Below, in pieces: positions 23,936 through 38,600 of a DNA stretch of 64,000 nucleotides. Position 1 is the first letter of the stretch. The number at the start of each line of letters is the position of its first letter. The stretch is taken from contig JBNZDD010013674.1 in assembly GCA_050575255.1 (NCBI GenBank), forward strand, positions 291,752 to 355,751, given 5' to 3'. Origin of the DNA: Harriotta raleighana. Its lineage: Eukaryota. The notes beneath the pieces are model-generated. The model was not told the DNA's origin and made no database searches. It was given only the letters and a program-made list of their open reading frames with translations. The translations under genes were made by a program, and so were the position numbers.

Positions 23936-24740
23936 TAGTAGCTCCCCAAAGTTGTATCATTTTCAAGTGGATGATCACAACCTGTATACCTGGATCTGTG
24001 AAGAATTTTAATGGCTGAAACTGATCAGGTTGATATAGGAATATGTAGACAGGAACTGTCAGTAATTTTTGTCAGCAGGGACAATAACTATGGTGTCATT
24101 TTAGCTCATTTGATAGCATTTTCCTTGGTCAAAAAGTCACTGGTTTAAGATCCACAGAGGGACATGAGCTCATATAATCTAAGCCCTACAATACTGAACT
24201 GAGTCACCCTAGGGCAGTGGTATTTAACCTTTTCGTCACCATTACCCCTGGAGCTAGCCTTCAACACTGTAAAGAAAAACAGACAAGCCAAACCACTAAT
24301 GTCCGGTAATACCATCGTATGGTACCATTCATTGGCTTGTGTTTCCAGGGAAACAGAATACTTTATTCACAGGGTTGATCAGTTTTTTTTAAACAGTGGT
24401 ACCAGCACGTTATCCCCTGAAAAAGCCTAATTAATCCCCCGGGGGGGTAATTACCCCTAGGTTAAATACCCCTGCTCTAGGGGCTCAGATTATATGAGCT
24501 CATGTCCCTCTGTGGATCTTAAACCAGTGACCTTTTGACCAAGGAAAATGCTATCAAATGAGCTTAGACGACACCATAATTATTGCTGACAATAATTACT
24601 GTCAGGTCTTGTATATTATATATTCCTATATTCCTATATCAACCTGATCAGTTTCAGCCATTAAAATTCTTCATAGATCAAGGTATACAGGTTATGATCA
24701 TCCACTTCAAAATGACACAACTTTGGAGGAGATGCTATTA
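23936..24740. repeat. Long inverted duplication (~250-bp arms)
   Basis: The left arm 23936-24188 is the reverse complement of the right arm 24480-24740, for example ggtttaagatccacagagggacatgagctcatataatct / agattatatgagctcatgtccctctgtggatcttaaacc. Confidence 0.95.
24215..24474. mobile_element. hAT (Charlie-like) MITE
   Basis: TIRs cagtggtatttaacct / aggttaaatacccctg, with an 8-bp TSD ccctaggg / ctctaggg (one mismatch). Confidence 0.85.
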
Positions 24741-24892
24741 GATAAATATTATACACTTAGAAATGTAGGGTAGAACTGTCACAATTTAACGAATATCTTC
24801 AAAACACTGAAATCTGATCAAAGAGATAATATTCCAATCCACACAACACTCTGTGGTTTATTCTATTCTTTTTACAGAATGTAACATGATAC

Positions 24893-25222
24893 AATAATAA
24901 TAATAATAATAATCCTTGCATTTGATATAGCGCTTTTCACATCTTATCGACGTCCCAAAGCGCTTCACAGAATATACTGTAAAGTGAATTGACTGTATAT
25001 TTGTGGGCGGAATGCGGCAGCCAATTGCGCACAGCAGCGTCCCACAAACAGTCATGGATTGAAATGACCAATTTTATTATTGTTGTATTTTTGGAGGGAT
25101 TATTATTAGGCATGTGGAGTAAGGAAACTTGCCCAAGGTTTCGCCCTGATCTGCCGGGATTCGAACACAGGTCTCATGCTTATAAGACAAGTGCTCTAAC
25201 CACTAAGCCACAGGAGCTCCAC
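24893..25222 (-). mobile_element. Full-length, well-preserved SINE
   Basis: Complete head (A/B boxes), body and (att)n tail, with CpGs retained. Confidence 0.9.
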
Positions 25223-26469
25223 TGGCAACCAGCAAAACAGCAATAATTTATCTGCTAATATGTTAAACTACATTGTTCTTTCGAAAAAAATTCAACCATT
25301 TATCCAAACAGTATATTATGATATTGAGCTACCCAACTGCGAAAGGTTATGGGCGAAACAAAAGTGCAGCAACCAGATTAATTTGGATAACAATCAACAC
25401 TTTATCCTGTTTTTAAATGGGTTTTTTTGTTTTCAATTCTCAAACCTTAAAGCCTCAAGATATTGAAGAGAAAAGATAAACTGTTTAGTACTTCTCCTGT
25501 TCGGCGTGTTCCACTTGATTGTAACTTGAACAAGAAAGGGTTTCTCAAATGCAAGATGGCATAATTTCCTACACACAATGTTTAAAAAAAATCCCTTGTG
25601 AAAAGTGATGACAGGAACAGTTTGTGAAATTGCAGAATTGACGATCGAAATGTGAGGAGATGAGGATAAAGGAACACAATGAGACACATCTAACCAGGAT
25701 GTGAAGCTGAAATACATTAGTGAAAAATGTGCTGAATGTTTCATTTTGACTTTTTGAAGAGCTGCTAAAATACAGACAATCATTTGAAAAGATGGGTGGC
25801 CATAAAAATTAGATTGATTAAACTAAAACCCTACCTAGAGACAATTGATAGGAAAGAAGTGTTATTTTTATTAATTGATTTTTTTTTCTTTTGGTGTTTT
25901 ATTGTATTTATTTGGCGTTCTCGTGTCAATTTCAGAAGAAATGCAGAACCTGGCAGCAGTTATTTTCAAGCTATGTTCTCCTCTGCTTCTTATTCCCTTC
26001 CTCTTGAATCTTATAGCTTTGAAAATATGTTTGCTTAGTGTGTGCATCAGAGGAGAGTTATCCGTAATACATAGATATTGTTAAACTGTGAAATGCTTTG
26101 CTTATTTTATGAGCCGTTAACCAAAATCAAACCGCTCGAAAAACATTTTTATATCTCGCTTGACATTGCTTGTCGAGCAATTTTATGCCAACAGTATTTG
26201 GAATTTGGAACCACACTCCATTCGCATCTCCCATTCCCGTTGGTTCTCAGTTGACTTTCTGCTGTGTGTGTTGCTCCTTGCCTCTATTCGAGCATTAGGT
26301 GATGCTGACTGAGCTGGGATTCATCCCTAGAACAGCTCTGGACGCTGATTGCATTGGAGCAGAGTTCCATATGAATGGAGATGATTCACTTCCAGTTATT
26401 GGATTGATGCATTAAATTATGAATAGAGACCAANGCAGAGTTCCATATGAATGGAGATGATTCACTTCC

Positions 26470-26840
26470 AGTTATTGGATTGATAAGATTAAATTATGAG
26501 GGCAAGTTGCATAAACTTGGTCTCTATTCCCTTGAGTTTAGAAGGTTGAGGGGTGTTCTCTGATTGAGGTTTTAAAAATAACTAAAGGGATTCAATAAAG
26601 TTGATAGAGAAACTATTTTCTCTGGTTGGCGATACGGGGTGGGGGCAGAGGCATCATCTTAAAATTAAAGATAGCCTTTTAGGAGTGAAATCATGAGCTA
26701 GTTTTTTCACCCAAAGGATAATGGGAATCTGGAACTCTCTCCCTTTAGGCCTGTGGATGCTGGATCCATTCACATTTTGAGGAATGGCGGAACAGGCTGG
26801 AGGGGCTGATTGGCCTACTCCTGTTTTCATGTTTCTATTT
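26470..26840 (+). mobile_element. CR1 3' fragment
   Basis: Degenerate ORF2 end plus gaatggcggaacaggctggaggggctgattggcctactcctg. Confidence 0.75.
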
Positions 26841-27966
26841 TACAGCTTGGATTTGTTATTAAGGAATAAAACACCAATTAAATGCCATTCAGATAGGTAG
26901 GTCGTTGTTAAAAAATGAAAGTACAGTATTGGCCCTGAGTTTGGTCATGCAAATTTTGTGCAGAAATGATTTTATTCATTTGGGTTTTCATTGAATCCCA
27001 TTAAGACAAAATAATATGGACAAGATTTTGCTAAAGGAACCAGGCAACAACAACAACTAACAACAACAAAATTACACTTGTTTAGCGCCTTTCACGTCAG
27101 GAGGACGTCCCAATATAAGGCAGTAAAGTCCTTACATTTTATACACTGTGACTAGGACTTAGGAAATGCTAATTGCTCAGAAAATTATTAGTCTAACAAC
27201 TTATTTGCACAATTTTAATCAAAAGAAACACTACGTTTCATCATATTTCCTTTCCCATTAAGTATATTCAATGGCTTGAAGACCAGACAGGAGAATGAAA
27301 GCTTTTTAAGCATATGTGACTAATTTATTGAGGTCTGAATAGGTGATTTGTTCATTATCCATGCAGTGTTAAATTCTATTACTTCCTGTCGATAAAGCTC
27401 ACCCAAGATGCTTGAGTTTCATAAGATATTTTACAAATTGTAACATTTTCAAATACCTGTGGCTACAATTTCATACGTGAATTAATTCTTCACATCTTGA
27501 CCTCATAACTAACATTTTTTACTCTCAATGTACAATACTGTAGTGCTTTGGGGAGTTTTAGCATTATACAGCATTACAGTATTCAGATGACTCGTTGGGA
27601 TACCCTGCTGAACAGAATTATAGGATGTAATTATTTCTTCCCCCCGCCGATAGCTCTATAGTACAGCTGGTCCTTTTATACGATTCAAAGCACAATGGAC
27701 AATTGGTCACGTGATTTATTTCAGTATCATCAACTAGCTGGAAAAGATATTGCTATACTGAATACTCAATACGACTATTACTATCGATATGTAACATGTA
27801 CAAGTGAACCTTTGGATTCATGTGCCTTGGATGAAAGGCGCTATATAAATAAAATTTTGATTGATTGATTGATGTGATTTGCATATTCGATTTCAGTCAC
27901 TATTAAAATTCCTGACTTGGAATTCCTTTTGCAGTACTGTAGATGATAATAATACAGTAATACTAC

Positions 27967-28333
27967 TAATAATAATCCTAGTATTTGATATAGCGCCTTA
28001 TCACTTTGTGGTTCATTTCAAAGTGCATCACAGAATATACTGTAAAGGAAACTGACCGTCTATTTTGTGGGCGAAATATGACAGCCAATTGCATACAGCA
28101 GTGTCCACAAACAGTAATGGATTAAGCGAACAATTTATTATTATTTTGAAGGAATTATTACCCCCGGAAAGTGATCTGCCAATTGACTAACACTGGGTTC
28201 CTACTTACTGCTAGGGAAATCAGAGGGGTGTAGAGTAAGGAAACTTGCCCAATGTTTCATGCTGCCTGGGAAGCAAAGCCAGGCCTCTCGCTTGCAAGGC
28301 AAGTGCTTTAAACACTGAGCTATAGGAATCCAC
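27967..28333 (-). mobile_element. SINE, older variant with longer body
   Basis: Head and tail match the family, with an extra internal segment. Confidence 0.75.
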
Positions 28334-30129
28334 ATGGACCAGTGCAAACAAATTTGGCAGTTTTGCTTATCATTTACTCTAGATTTAAAAATAAGTCATC
28401 CACTCTATTGCTGCTTGTGGGACACTCCACAAATTGGCCGCTACATACGCCTAAATAATACAATCACTGCACTTTACAGTACATCCTGTGAAGCACTTGG
28501 GAGATATCCTTCTGACAATGTGCTATTTCAACTACAAGGATTGTTATCTTATAATACAATTTACATTGATATAGTGCCTTTCACATGGTAAGGATGTCTC
28601 AAAGCGCTTTACACAGCTGGCTGGATATTCAAGTCCTGGAGGGAGTGGGTGCACATTTAATATACATTTACCAAGTCAGAGTAAAAGGAGCTGCTCTCCA
28701 CACCTCGGTGTGCAATACATTACCATGAGGGTGTTTCATGCTGATAGATCTTCCGTTCCTTATCATTGACATCCTTCACCTCAGTAAACAACAAAATTAC
28801 ATTTGTATTGCACCTTTCACATCAGTAGGTCGTCCCAAGGCCGGATAATCAGTTTTGGACCCGAACTCGGGGTTAGGATCGGGGAGGATGGAGAGTGGGG
28901 AAAGGGGGTGGGGAGGAGGTTGGGGGTAGGGGGAGGATGGTGAGCAAAGGCATGGTGGAAGAATAGGGTCTTGAGACTAATCCTCAAATTAGTAGGACAA
29001 TTCAAACTCAGAAGAGGGAAGGTAAACAGATGGTTCATATATAATAACTTACTTATTTGATCACACCCATTGTCACTTTTCCTTCCTCTTCGTCCCATTG
29101 GCTGACAGTCTTTTTGAAGTGCTCCCAAGACATTATCCTACTTGAAGCATGCTATACAAATGCAAATTGTTGTATTTACGCAGAATGGTAAATGTGTGGC
29201 ATAGATTACCATGAGGGCAGATTGTGCCAGAAAATAATTATAATAATCCATATGCTTGATATAGCACTTTTCACGTCTCAAAGCGCTTCAAAGAATATAC
29301 TGCAAAGCGAATTGACTGTATATTTGTGTGCAAAACATGGCAGCCAATTGCGCGCATTAGTGTCGCACAAATAGTTGTTATTATTGGTTTTTTTCTTGAG
29401 AGATTATTATCAGGTGTGTGGAGTAAGAAAATTTACCCAAGGTTTCGACATTTTTAAGACCAAAGATAAGAATGTAAATCTGTCAAATACAGCACTGCTG
29501 TTATAACTAAAGCCAACAATTATTTTTAATTTATGCTCAAAGTTAATGCTTTTAAGTTATGGGATGACTTCGCTTCAGATAATGGTTTGGGACTTAGAGG
29601 AATGAAATATATTGCTGCAATGCAAATTCTGATTCTTTCCAAATGACTACTTAAAAAACATTAAGTACTGTAATCTGCTGATATGGAAAAAAATACAAAG
29701 AAAATTTGCAAGTTCTTTTAATACATTTAATTATGATGTAGAAGGTTTAAAGTACAAGAATATGTCGATTAGGCTCATTATATTTGCATTTGTGTTTTAC
29801 AAATTTGTATTACAAACCTGAAACCCAGCATTTCCCAGATCACTGTAAATTTGACTGTATATTTGTGGGTGAAACGCGGCAGCTAATTGAGCACAGCAGT
29901 GTCCCACAAACAGTGGATTGAAAAAATAATATAATAATAATCCTTGCATTTTCATTATCTTATCGACGTCTCAAAGCGCTTCACGGAATATACTGTAAAG
30001 TGAATTGACAGTGTATTTGTGGGTGAAACCCGGCAGCTGGAAGTCAGGGTTTCCTCCTGATCTACTTGAAATTGAACCCAGGTCTCTTGCTTGTAAGGCA
30101 AGTGCTCTAACCATTGAGCTACAGGACTC

Positions 30130-30950
30130 AGTCTGGACATTGTGAATGGATTCAGCCATAACCCACAGCTTTTTGTGTGTGGAGAGAGTTCCAGGTTCCC
30201 ACTAGCCTTTGGGTGAAAAAAACTGTCCCTGATTTCACTGCTAAACGTCCAAATTCTAATTTTAAGATTATCCCCACTTGTTCCCCACCAGAGAAAATAC
30301 AGTAGTTATCAAATCTCTATTAATTTAAAACACCTCAATCAGATCACCCCTCAACCTTCTAATCTCAAGGGAATAATAATAATCCTTGCATTTGATATAG
30401 CTTTTCACATTTTATGGATGTCTCAAAGCGCTTCACAGAATATACTGTAAAGTGAATGACTATATATTTGTGGGCAAAACATGGCAAATCTTGAAGATAT
30501 AAGGTGCTATACCAAATGCAAAGATTATTATTAAGTTTATGCAATTTATCCTTATAATTTAACCCCTTAAGACTTGGTATCATTCTAACGAACCTGTACT
30601 ACACCTTCTCCAGAGCCAATATATCCTTGCTGCAGTGAAATGCCCAACACTGAACACAATCTTTTGTCTGACCAAGACTTTGTATAGTTGAAGCATCATT
30701 TCCTCTTCTTTATAATCCAGATAAAGGCCAACATTTTGTACCTGGGAGCTTGTTTTTTGTGATTTGTGTATGTGGACACTTGAATATCTTTACTCCTCCA
30801 CAGTTTCTCATCATTTAGAAAATATTCTGTTTTGCTATTTTTAGATCTTTGATGGATGATCACATTTCCCCACATTGAATTCCATCTGCCACAGTTTTGT
30901 CAATTCACTTAATCTATCTAATTCCCTTTGCAACTTCCTGCTCCCATCTA
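30130..30950 (-). mobile_element. CR1 ORF2 fragment interrupted by SINE tails
   Basis: Reverse complement is collinear with the CR1 at 26470-26770. Confidence 0.75.
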
Positions 30951-31849
30951 TAATAATAATCCTTGCATTTGATATAGCGCTTTTCACATCTTCTAGACGT
31001 CTCGAAGCGCTTCACAGAATAAACTGTAAAGTGAATTGACTGTATATATGTGGACAAAACAAGGCAGCCAATTTTGCTTTGATGAAATCAGATGCTTTGA
31101 GACATCTCGAAGACATGATAAGGTGCTTTATCAAATGCAAGGATTAGTATTATTATTACAAGGTAGCAAAGCAAAAACACTTAAGTATTTACCAGATGGT
31201 TCAGCCAATTAAATTGGATCGGAACAGCTGTTTTTCTAGTAAAATGAAAATTGAATTAACAATTACTGTATGAAAAATGCAACAACAAAAAAACTTTAAT
31301 ACAATATAAATTATTAGTTAGTGAAATCTAAACTTAATGCAATGATTTAAAGTGAATTTATGCAGAGATTTAAAGTAGGAGATATTTGAATTTGAGTTGA
31401 TCTTAAAATACCTGTAATACAGGTTTGTACCTTATTACATATACTGAGCCAATTTGCTACACCATGTTTCTTCCTGGTACTGTATTCAAAGAAAGAATTT
31501 CCTATTGGGTTTTGTCAGCTAGAGTAGGTAGTTTTTCCCTGGATTATAAAATAGATTTTATGGTAAATTTTCTCAATTCAGACTGGATTTGGAACTATAA
31601 TTTTTTTTTAAATCAATGGGTTCAGCATCTCCAATCTTCTTGGCAGATTTTGTTTTAACATTGTATTATATGGTCTTACTTTCAGCTACCTGTATGAATA
31701 AGGTGAATTTGTGCAAACTCAGATGTCCTTCTGTGTAATTTGCCAATTTATCCATGCAAATTTTGTCAAAGCCATTCACTACCAGTAACTTATAAATTTC
31801 CTTGTTACATCTCCATTTTTTATTTTTTAAAAACGTGCTGTATATAGCA

Positions 31850-32405
31850 ACACAATTACATTATTCTAGTGCACCTTTCACGTTGGGAGGATGTCCCAAG
31901 ACGCTGAACAGTTAGGGGTCAGGACCCGAGTACGGGGGAGGGCAGATTAGGGGGGAGGGGAGAGTAGGGAGAGAGATGGGAGAGCAGCAGAAGGTATGAT
32001 CGAAAAGGAGGGTCTTGAGACCGGCCTTGTAGGAAGTGAGGTGAAGGGATTGTGGGATGGAGTTCCAGACTGTGGGATGGAGTTCCAGACTGTGGGAGAA
32101 GAGAGGCTGAAAGCCCGACCACCGATGGTAAGGTGGTTTGATAGGGCAACATGGAGCAGACCAGAGCGTGCTGAACGGAGTGAGAGGGCAGATTGGTGGG
32201 GAGTCAGCAGATCGGGAGACATAGGAACAGGCAAGGCCGTAAATCGCCTTGAAAGTGAGGATCCGGATCTTTAATTTGATCCTCTGGGGGATAGGGAGCC
32301 AATGGAGCCAGGCAAGGGTGGGAGAGATGGGGTTGTGGAGCCTAGTGTGGGAAAGAACATGAGCTGCAGAGTTCTGAAGGCTACAAGAAGGCTATCAGAA
32401 TCTGA
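31850..32405 (-). mobile_element. L2 LINE 3' fragment
   Basis: Minus-strand L2 ORF2 end (LRSARSGLL...TIGGRAFS.SSPTVWNSIP) and tail. Contains a 20-bp tandem duplication at ~32051-32097. Confidence 0.85.
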
Positions 32406-32409
32406 AGAA

Positions 32410-33196
32410 CAGGTATCCCCCCGATTTACGACATTTCTATTTACACAGTTTCGATTCAACAAATGTAATTTTTTAACAACTTTTTATTGATATACAACAT
32501 TTTGTTTTGTTTTAACGACAAAAAAAATTCTGCATTTTTTTGCGCATGTGCAGTATACAGTGTATTTCGGAGTAAAATTGCAGTCATTTACTGTATCCAA
32601 GTGTTTGAGCTGGCCAATAGCATGTCGCTGCATCAACGGTTCCCAACTTTTTTTGTTGCGACCCAAATTATGGCGATATTGCGATTGACGCTCAGCTCAG
32701 TCAAAACCGTATTTTCATTTGTTTTGTGGATCAGCTCATTGTATGTACGCTCTTTATACAAATTGGTCGGCGGTGTCACTTTTTTATTTTTAGCGTTAAA
32801 AGCTTTTTTATTAGCATTACAAGCTTTTTTTTAGTGTTTTGAAAGCCAACTTCTTTTGAAGCGACACCACGCACTTTCGAGCGATTTACAGCCTCTACCA
32901 TATTTCTACAATGTCAGAAGAGACCAGTAAATGAAATTGAGCAGCAGAAATACCGCTAGCGGTAAGAAACCCCACAAAGTCATTGTTTTAGATACTAATT
33001 CTTGCCTTTGTGTGTTATTTTGTGTGTTTTGTGTGTTATTTTAGTGGATTTAAGGTCGGAAAATTTTGCCAAAAGAACGCATCTCGATTTAGTGACATTT
33101 TTCAGGAACGCAACCCTGTCGTAAATCGGGGGGTNAAAAGAACGCATCTCGATTTAGTGACATTTTTCAGGAACGCAACCCTGTCGTAAATCCTGT
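32410..33196. mobile_element. Tigger-like internally deleted DNA transposon
   Basis: Left TIR caggtatccccccgatttacgac; right end gtcgtaaatcgggggg (split by N join 33135). An eroded transposase-start-like stretch (KKPHKVIVLDT) lies near 32965. Confidence 0.7.
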
Positions 33197-33709
33197 ATAT
33201 GTTTAAAGCAATGCTATTAGTATGAAGCAAAACACTGAACTTCAGTTGTTATTCTCAACAAATTATAGGGTCCAACGTCCGACATACAAGAGTTGAAAGA
33301 ATTAATGTCACTTCAGATCATTTGGGGGTATACACTTAAGCACGTTGATGAGTTTCATATATGTGCCTGAAAAATACCCCACAGATATTTGAGGTTGGAT
33401 TCTCCACCTTTAAACTGCCTCTTGTCACTAAATCTCTCCCAACCATGTCAATCTCATGGGCATTTTACTCTCCTCACAATAATTCAATAAATGTTTGGCA
33501 GGAATTTCTCTCCTTTGTAAATACAAAACAATTTCAACAAGGTAGCCCTGCTAGTTTTGTAACACTTAAGACAAAAGTATGTTTACTTGGAAGTGCAATA
33601 TTACCTCGGACTGACTATGTGCATAGGATGTTTTCAGATTTTGAGTAAAACAATCAAGAAAGACATGTCCATACATGTTCTATCAGGCTAAAATCATTAA
33701 TTTAACTTT

Positions 33710-35297
33710 TTTAAAATAGTAAATTCAAATTTTATTCACAGCAACTATTTGTGTCCACAGAAGTGAGAACACACCAAAATACAGAATACCAGTTGTACCT
33801 ACATTTCAACAGTTATTATAAACAAGTTTATATTGTAGCACAACAATTCAAGGTGTTATTATTTATATTCGGATAAAGTACATAGAATATATATATTCTA
33901 CCATGCAGAATTTAAACTCCGCAAGTAATGATTTAGATTGGAAAAATCACTTTTGAGATCCGAATACACAAAAAAACTCAAATGTAATTAAAAAAAGGGG
34001 GTTTACTGAAACATATGCATGGGTTTTAATTTACCATCTCCTCCTAACATTGAAGCATTTGGCATTTTAACCTGCATGTGTAAAATTCATCGGACATTTC
34101 TCTTCCCCGGTATTCACAGGGAAAATCAAGGAGTCAAAAATCTTGGGTGAACTGCACCATCTAAGATTACTCCTTGATTTTCAAAAGATTAATGGCTTTT
34201 CCTTCAGATTTGATGTTTACTCTATACTTATGCATGTTATTGTCATATCCTACTTGTGCATCATACAAAAAAACTTAATGTTTTAATTAAACACATCAGT
34301 GTAAAATAGCTGATTTTTTGATCAAAAATACCGTCAATTGTTAGCAAAATGATGACTTCTTTCTTTCTTCAGCGAAGCGCATTGCATAGAAATATAAAAA
34401 TACAATTTTACTTGTTTTCCGTGTGTGGACAGACACTGAAATGAATGATGGCGAATCTATTGTATGGAGTGTGTAAAATAGCCATGTTTTACCACAATTT
34501 AACACAAATAATCTGCACTTAAATCTGTCCATAGCTTCAGAAGTTGACAAAACGTGTTGATATTACAATTGTATAAAAAGGCATGCAGTTGAATCCTGCT
34601 AAACAAATATACTGGCTGTGGGGTTCTGCTTACATTTAGATCTCTGAATGACACAAGATGGGAACGGTACATTAGAACTTTGTTCCTCACACAATCCTTT
34701 GGCCAGAGTTCACTGAATATCTTTATCACCGTACAAATTAGTGTTCTGTTGTTTAAAATTAACTAAATATGAATAAGTCCTAGTTTGTGGTTCGAGGTGA
34801 ACAAAATGTTTTTAAATTGTTGTAAATCGATGACATTGTTATGTCTGAACTTCCAGCCTGTTTCTTGCAAGGTTTGAGCAACGTTAAGTGTCAACTGTAT
34901 TATCGCAAATATACTGAACCCTTTGTTCCCTTTAAGTTACAGCATTGCTTTAAAAGACTGCAAACTCATGGCTGTGAATCCACCTTTGACCATGAATAAT
35001 ATGAACCTGGGACACATCATCCACAACAAGCATTATCCACAAGTTCTTAGCATTTTCCCCCCCAAAAAAGGTAAATTGACACATCTAGATGAACAGTCAT
35101 TTCTGGTTCAGCCTCAGAATACACAGTTTGGTTCTCCACAGTTCTCGGCTGATNAATTGACACATCTAGATGAACAGTCATTTCTGGTTCAGCCTCAGAA
35201 TACAGTTTGGTTCTCCACAGTTCTCGGCTGAGTGTGGCAGTTTGAAAAACAGCTTTGCAAAGGCTATGTTTGCAGTTTCACAAGGCTGTTCATTTCC
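33710..35297 (-). other. TMEM263: TMEM263 3' UTR
   Basis: Follows the stop codon and lacks recognisable TEs, unlike the flanking DNA. Confidence 0.6.
33731..33736 (-). terminator. TMEM263: Probable TMEM263 polyadenylation signal (AATAAA)
   Basis: tttatt on + reads AATAAA on -, at the end of a repeat-free, AT-rich, UTR-like stretch from 35297. Confidence 0.55.
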
Positions 35298-35636
<339 letters not shown>

Positions 35637-38600
35637 TTAAAATCGTTTTCCAAGTTTCATATAAAATACAAGAGTTATTTGATGGTAAATTTGAGATTCC
35701 AAAAATAAACTTTTACTTAGAACCAGAATAGAGAGCAACAGTTTTGAATATTAGTTGCAATGTCTCTTAATATTTTTATTTAAACAATTATAAGATTCTT
35801 CTTAAACACCCAAGGGAAGTACAGTTAGATCGCGATCCCATCTCAAATGGGATGTCCTTCAGAAGAACAATTTGTTCAACGTGATAAAATATTATATAAA
35901 AATAGTTTATTCTGTAACTTCTCCTGCCATCTAAATGTTGTAGTTGCTTTTGAAAAGTGTCTCTGTAACAAACCTAGCAATTTCTACAAATCAGAGTGGC
36001 TGGAATGGGGGAAAACAAATCTCATTCCGGTGAATATACCAATAAAGCGTTAACAGAAAATATATTGTAAAGCTATGCCAACAAAGTGATGATTTGTGTG
36101 CACGAGCTATCATAAACGATTAATTTTCTCAGGGTGCAGAATTAAATGCAGGTCGCAATATGCTGCTATCATTGGTAATTGACATTTTCAATCATTTTCG
36201 CTCTTATGGCAAAATGAAATGTGCAAGAAACTAAATTTAGATTCCACTTTAGATTAAATCATATTTAACAAAAATATTATTACTACATCTTAGGTTTCTG
36301 TGAAGGCATGCTTATGATTAGGAGTGTGGTGCTGGCTGTAAGATGCAAAACAATTATAGGACTCACTAAAAGTCAAAATCACTGCTCCTAATTGAGTTTC
36401 TTTGCAAACCAAATGCAATATGTAGCGACAGTGCATTTTAGCAATACAACAAGAGGCAATGACAGCTTACTACTGCTGAATTTGACTATTTTTAGGCTTA
36501 TATGAAATCCCAATTAAAATTGAACTATGACAAAGCAGCGCATTACAAAACATCTACTATAATTACAGCAGAACTGTTCACCACAACAGCCATTTGTTTA
36601 GCTTCACCATTCCTACAACCACCTTCAGCTAAACATAAAGTGCTTGGCTGATCACACTGAATCCACAAATACTGTTTGGATGAGATATTAAACTAAGGTC
36701 TGGTCTACCAGTTTAGGTACATTTTAATAATAAAATTAATAATAAGATTAATACATTTCAGATGCTGTGACACTACAGTACAACGTGCTATACACAAGTA
36801 ATATCAGTCTAGACCATAACTTTTAATACAGTACAACTCAACTACAACAACGAAATTACATTTGTAGAGTACCTTTCACCTCCGAGTTGCAGGGAAACTA
36901 TATGTTTTTGAAAATCTGATATACTGTACACTACGCATGGGTAATTTAATGCTGTGCACATACGAAAGTTCAACATTGCAGATAGTAAGTGCCACGAGGT
37001 GAATGCGTTCGGGTACATGTACAACTTAGATGATGGTACGATTTATAAAGAGAAGACTTATGTGAGTCTTACTCTATTTCAAACAGTCCAAAGTCCTCCC
37101 AATACAGTTACTCTATTACTTGAAATCTGGGTAAAATTTATTCTCATTTGACAATATTTAAGTTAATTTTTATGAGACGAAATGTTAAATCCAGAGTGCC
37201 ATTTTTATTCAACTCTTGTTTATTCAACTCTTGGCTTTCCATCCATCCATTCTGCAGTTACATTAGTTTAATTCTCTCAATGTATTTCAACTGTTAATCT
37301 CCTCAAACTATGAAAACAGTGCTTTAAAAATTGGTCTAACCAGTAGCTTAATAATGCTTTCATGATTCAGTGACTCTTACAATAGGAGGGCATCAGAAAG
37401 CACTACACAAGATATATTGCAAGGTGGAATGACAGAATCTTGCAAGTAAACCAAAGGCCTCCTTCTATGCTAGAAATTTTCATGTAATGTACCATTTTCT
37501 ACCTTTGGTCTTCATTGTTTGTCTGAATATTTCACTTTTTTAATCTTTAAAAACTGCTGATTCCAAGACTTTGAACACATTCAATGTAGTTAAAAAGAAT
37601 AGTTGTTTAATGTTTCGTGATCTTTTATTTTGCAAACACAATTATAATGGTGAAAGTAATATTGTAGGAAATTGCCTAAATAAACTTAACAACTAAAAAA
37701 AAACTAGAAATGATTTGAGACTATTTTAATACAATTTTCCGTAACTGGTGTTGAAGTAATACTTTAGATATTAATAGGGGAATATACTTTTTTTTAAAAA
37801 CTGTTTAATCCCAAAATGTAGGAAATGTAAACGAAAAATAAATGTACTTCTATTAATAATACAGTTCATGGATTTTATCCACCTCCAAAGCTGAGCCCAT
37901 TTCCATTTCAGCACAATCCCATTATGTGGGTGGCCAGTTAAGTCTAGAGGGAAACCAATTCATAATTTAAAACCAAAGTAAAAGAAGTGTTCCAAAGGGA
38001 TTTCAATATGCAACTTGAATGTCATGCTGTTACCTTTGTGCGCCAAATGAAATATTTAACAAGAAAGTCTGATCTACGTGGCTTGTATGGGGGATTATGT
38101 CTAGTCATGTGCAATATCTAGAATATAAATGGTAGTAATGAGTACTGTACATCATGTTCATTGCATAGTTCTTGTGCATTGAGGCATTTGTTTTCAAATT
38201 GCGTACTAGTTGCTTGATTTGCAGGACAATCGCTCAAAGGAGCAGAAGTTTCTGCTGACTCAGCCGCCTTCAAGTAGTAATTCTGATCACTGATAAGTAC
38301 AAGCACTCTGGGCTGGGAGATTTTAGATAGGATCATTCCACGTCAAATCGAGCATCCATCACTGAATTATTTCTGCAATCCTGTCCCAGATAAAAAGGTT
38401 TCATCATACAAAGTTAAGGAAATTTAATAGCACCTCAGCTCTGATGAGTGGAAAGATCTGATCTTGGCAAATTCATTTATTTGAAAATTTTCAAAAACTT
38501 ATTAATCTCCAGTTTAAAACATTTACGATATTTCCAATACGCAGTTGCCTGTTATCAAGCAAACCATTAACGTATTTTTCAGTCTAAGTCATAGATCTGA

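Noticed and set aside
38118-38380. Minus-strand acceptor-like site and 72-aa ORF in the last TMEM263 intron
   Set aside because: All three frames from the acceptor hit early stops, and TMEM263 is already complete without it.
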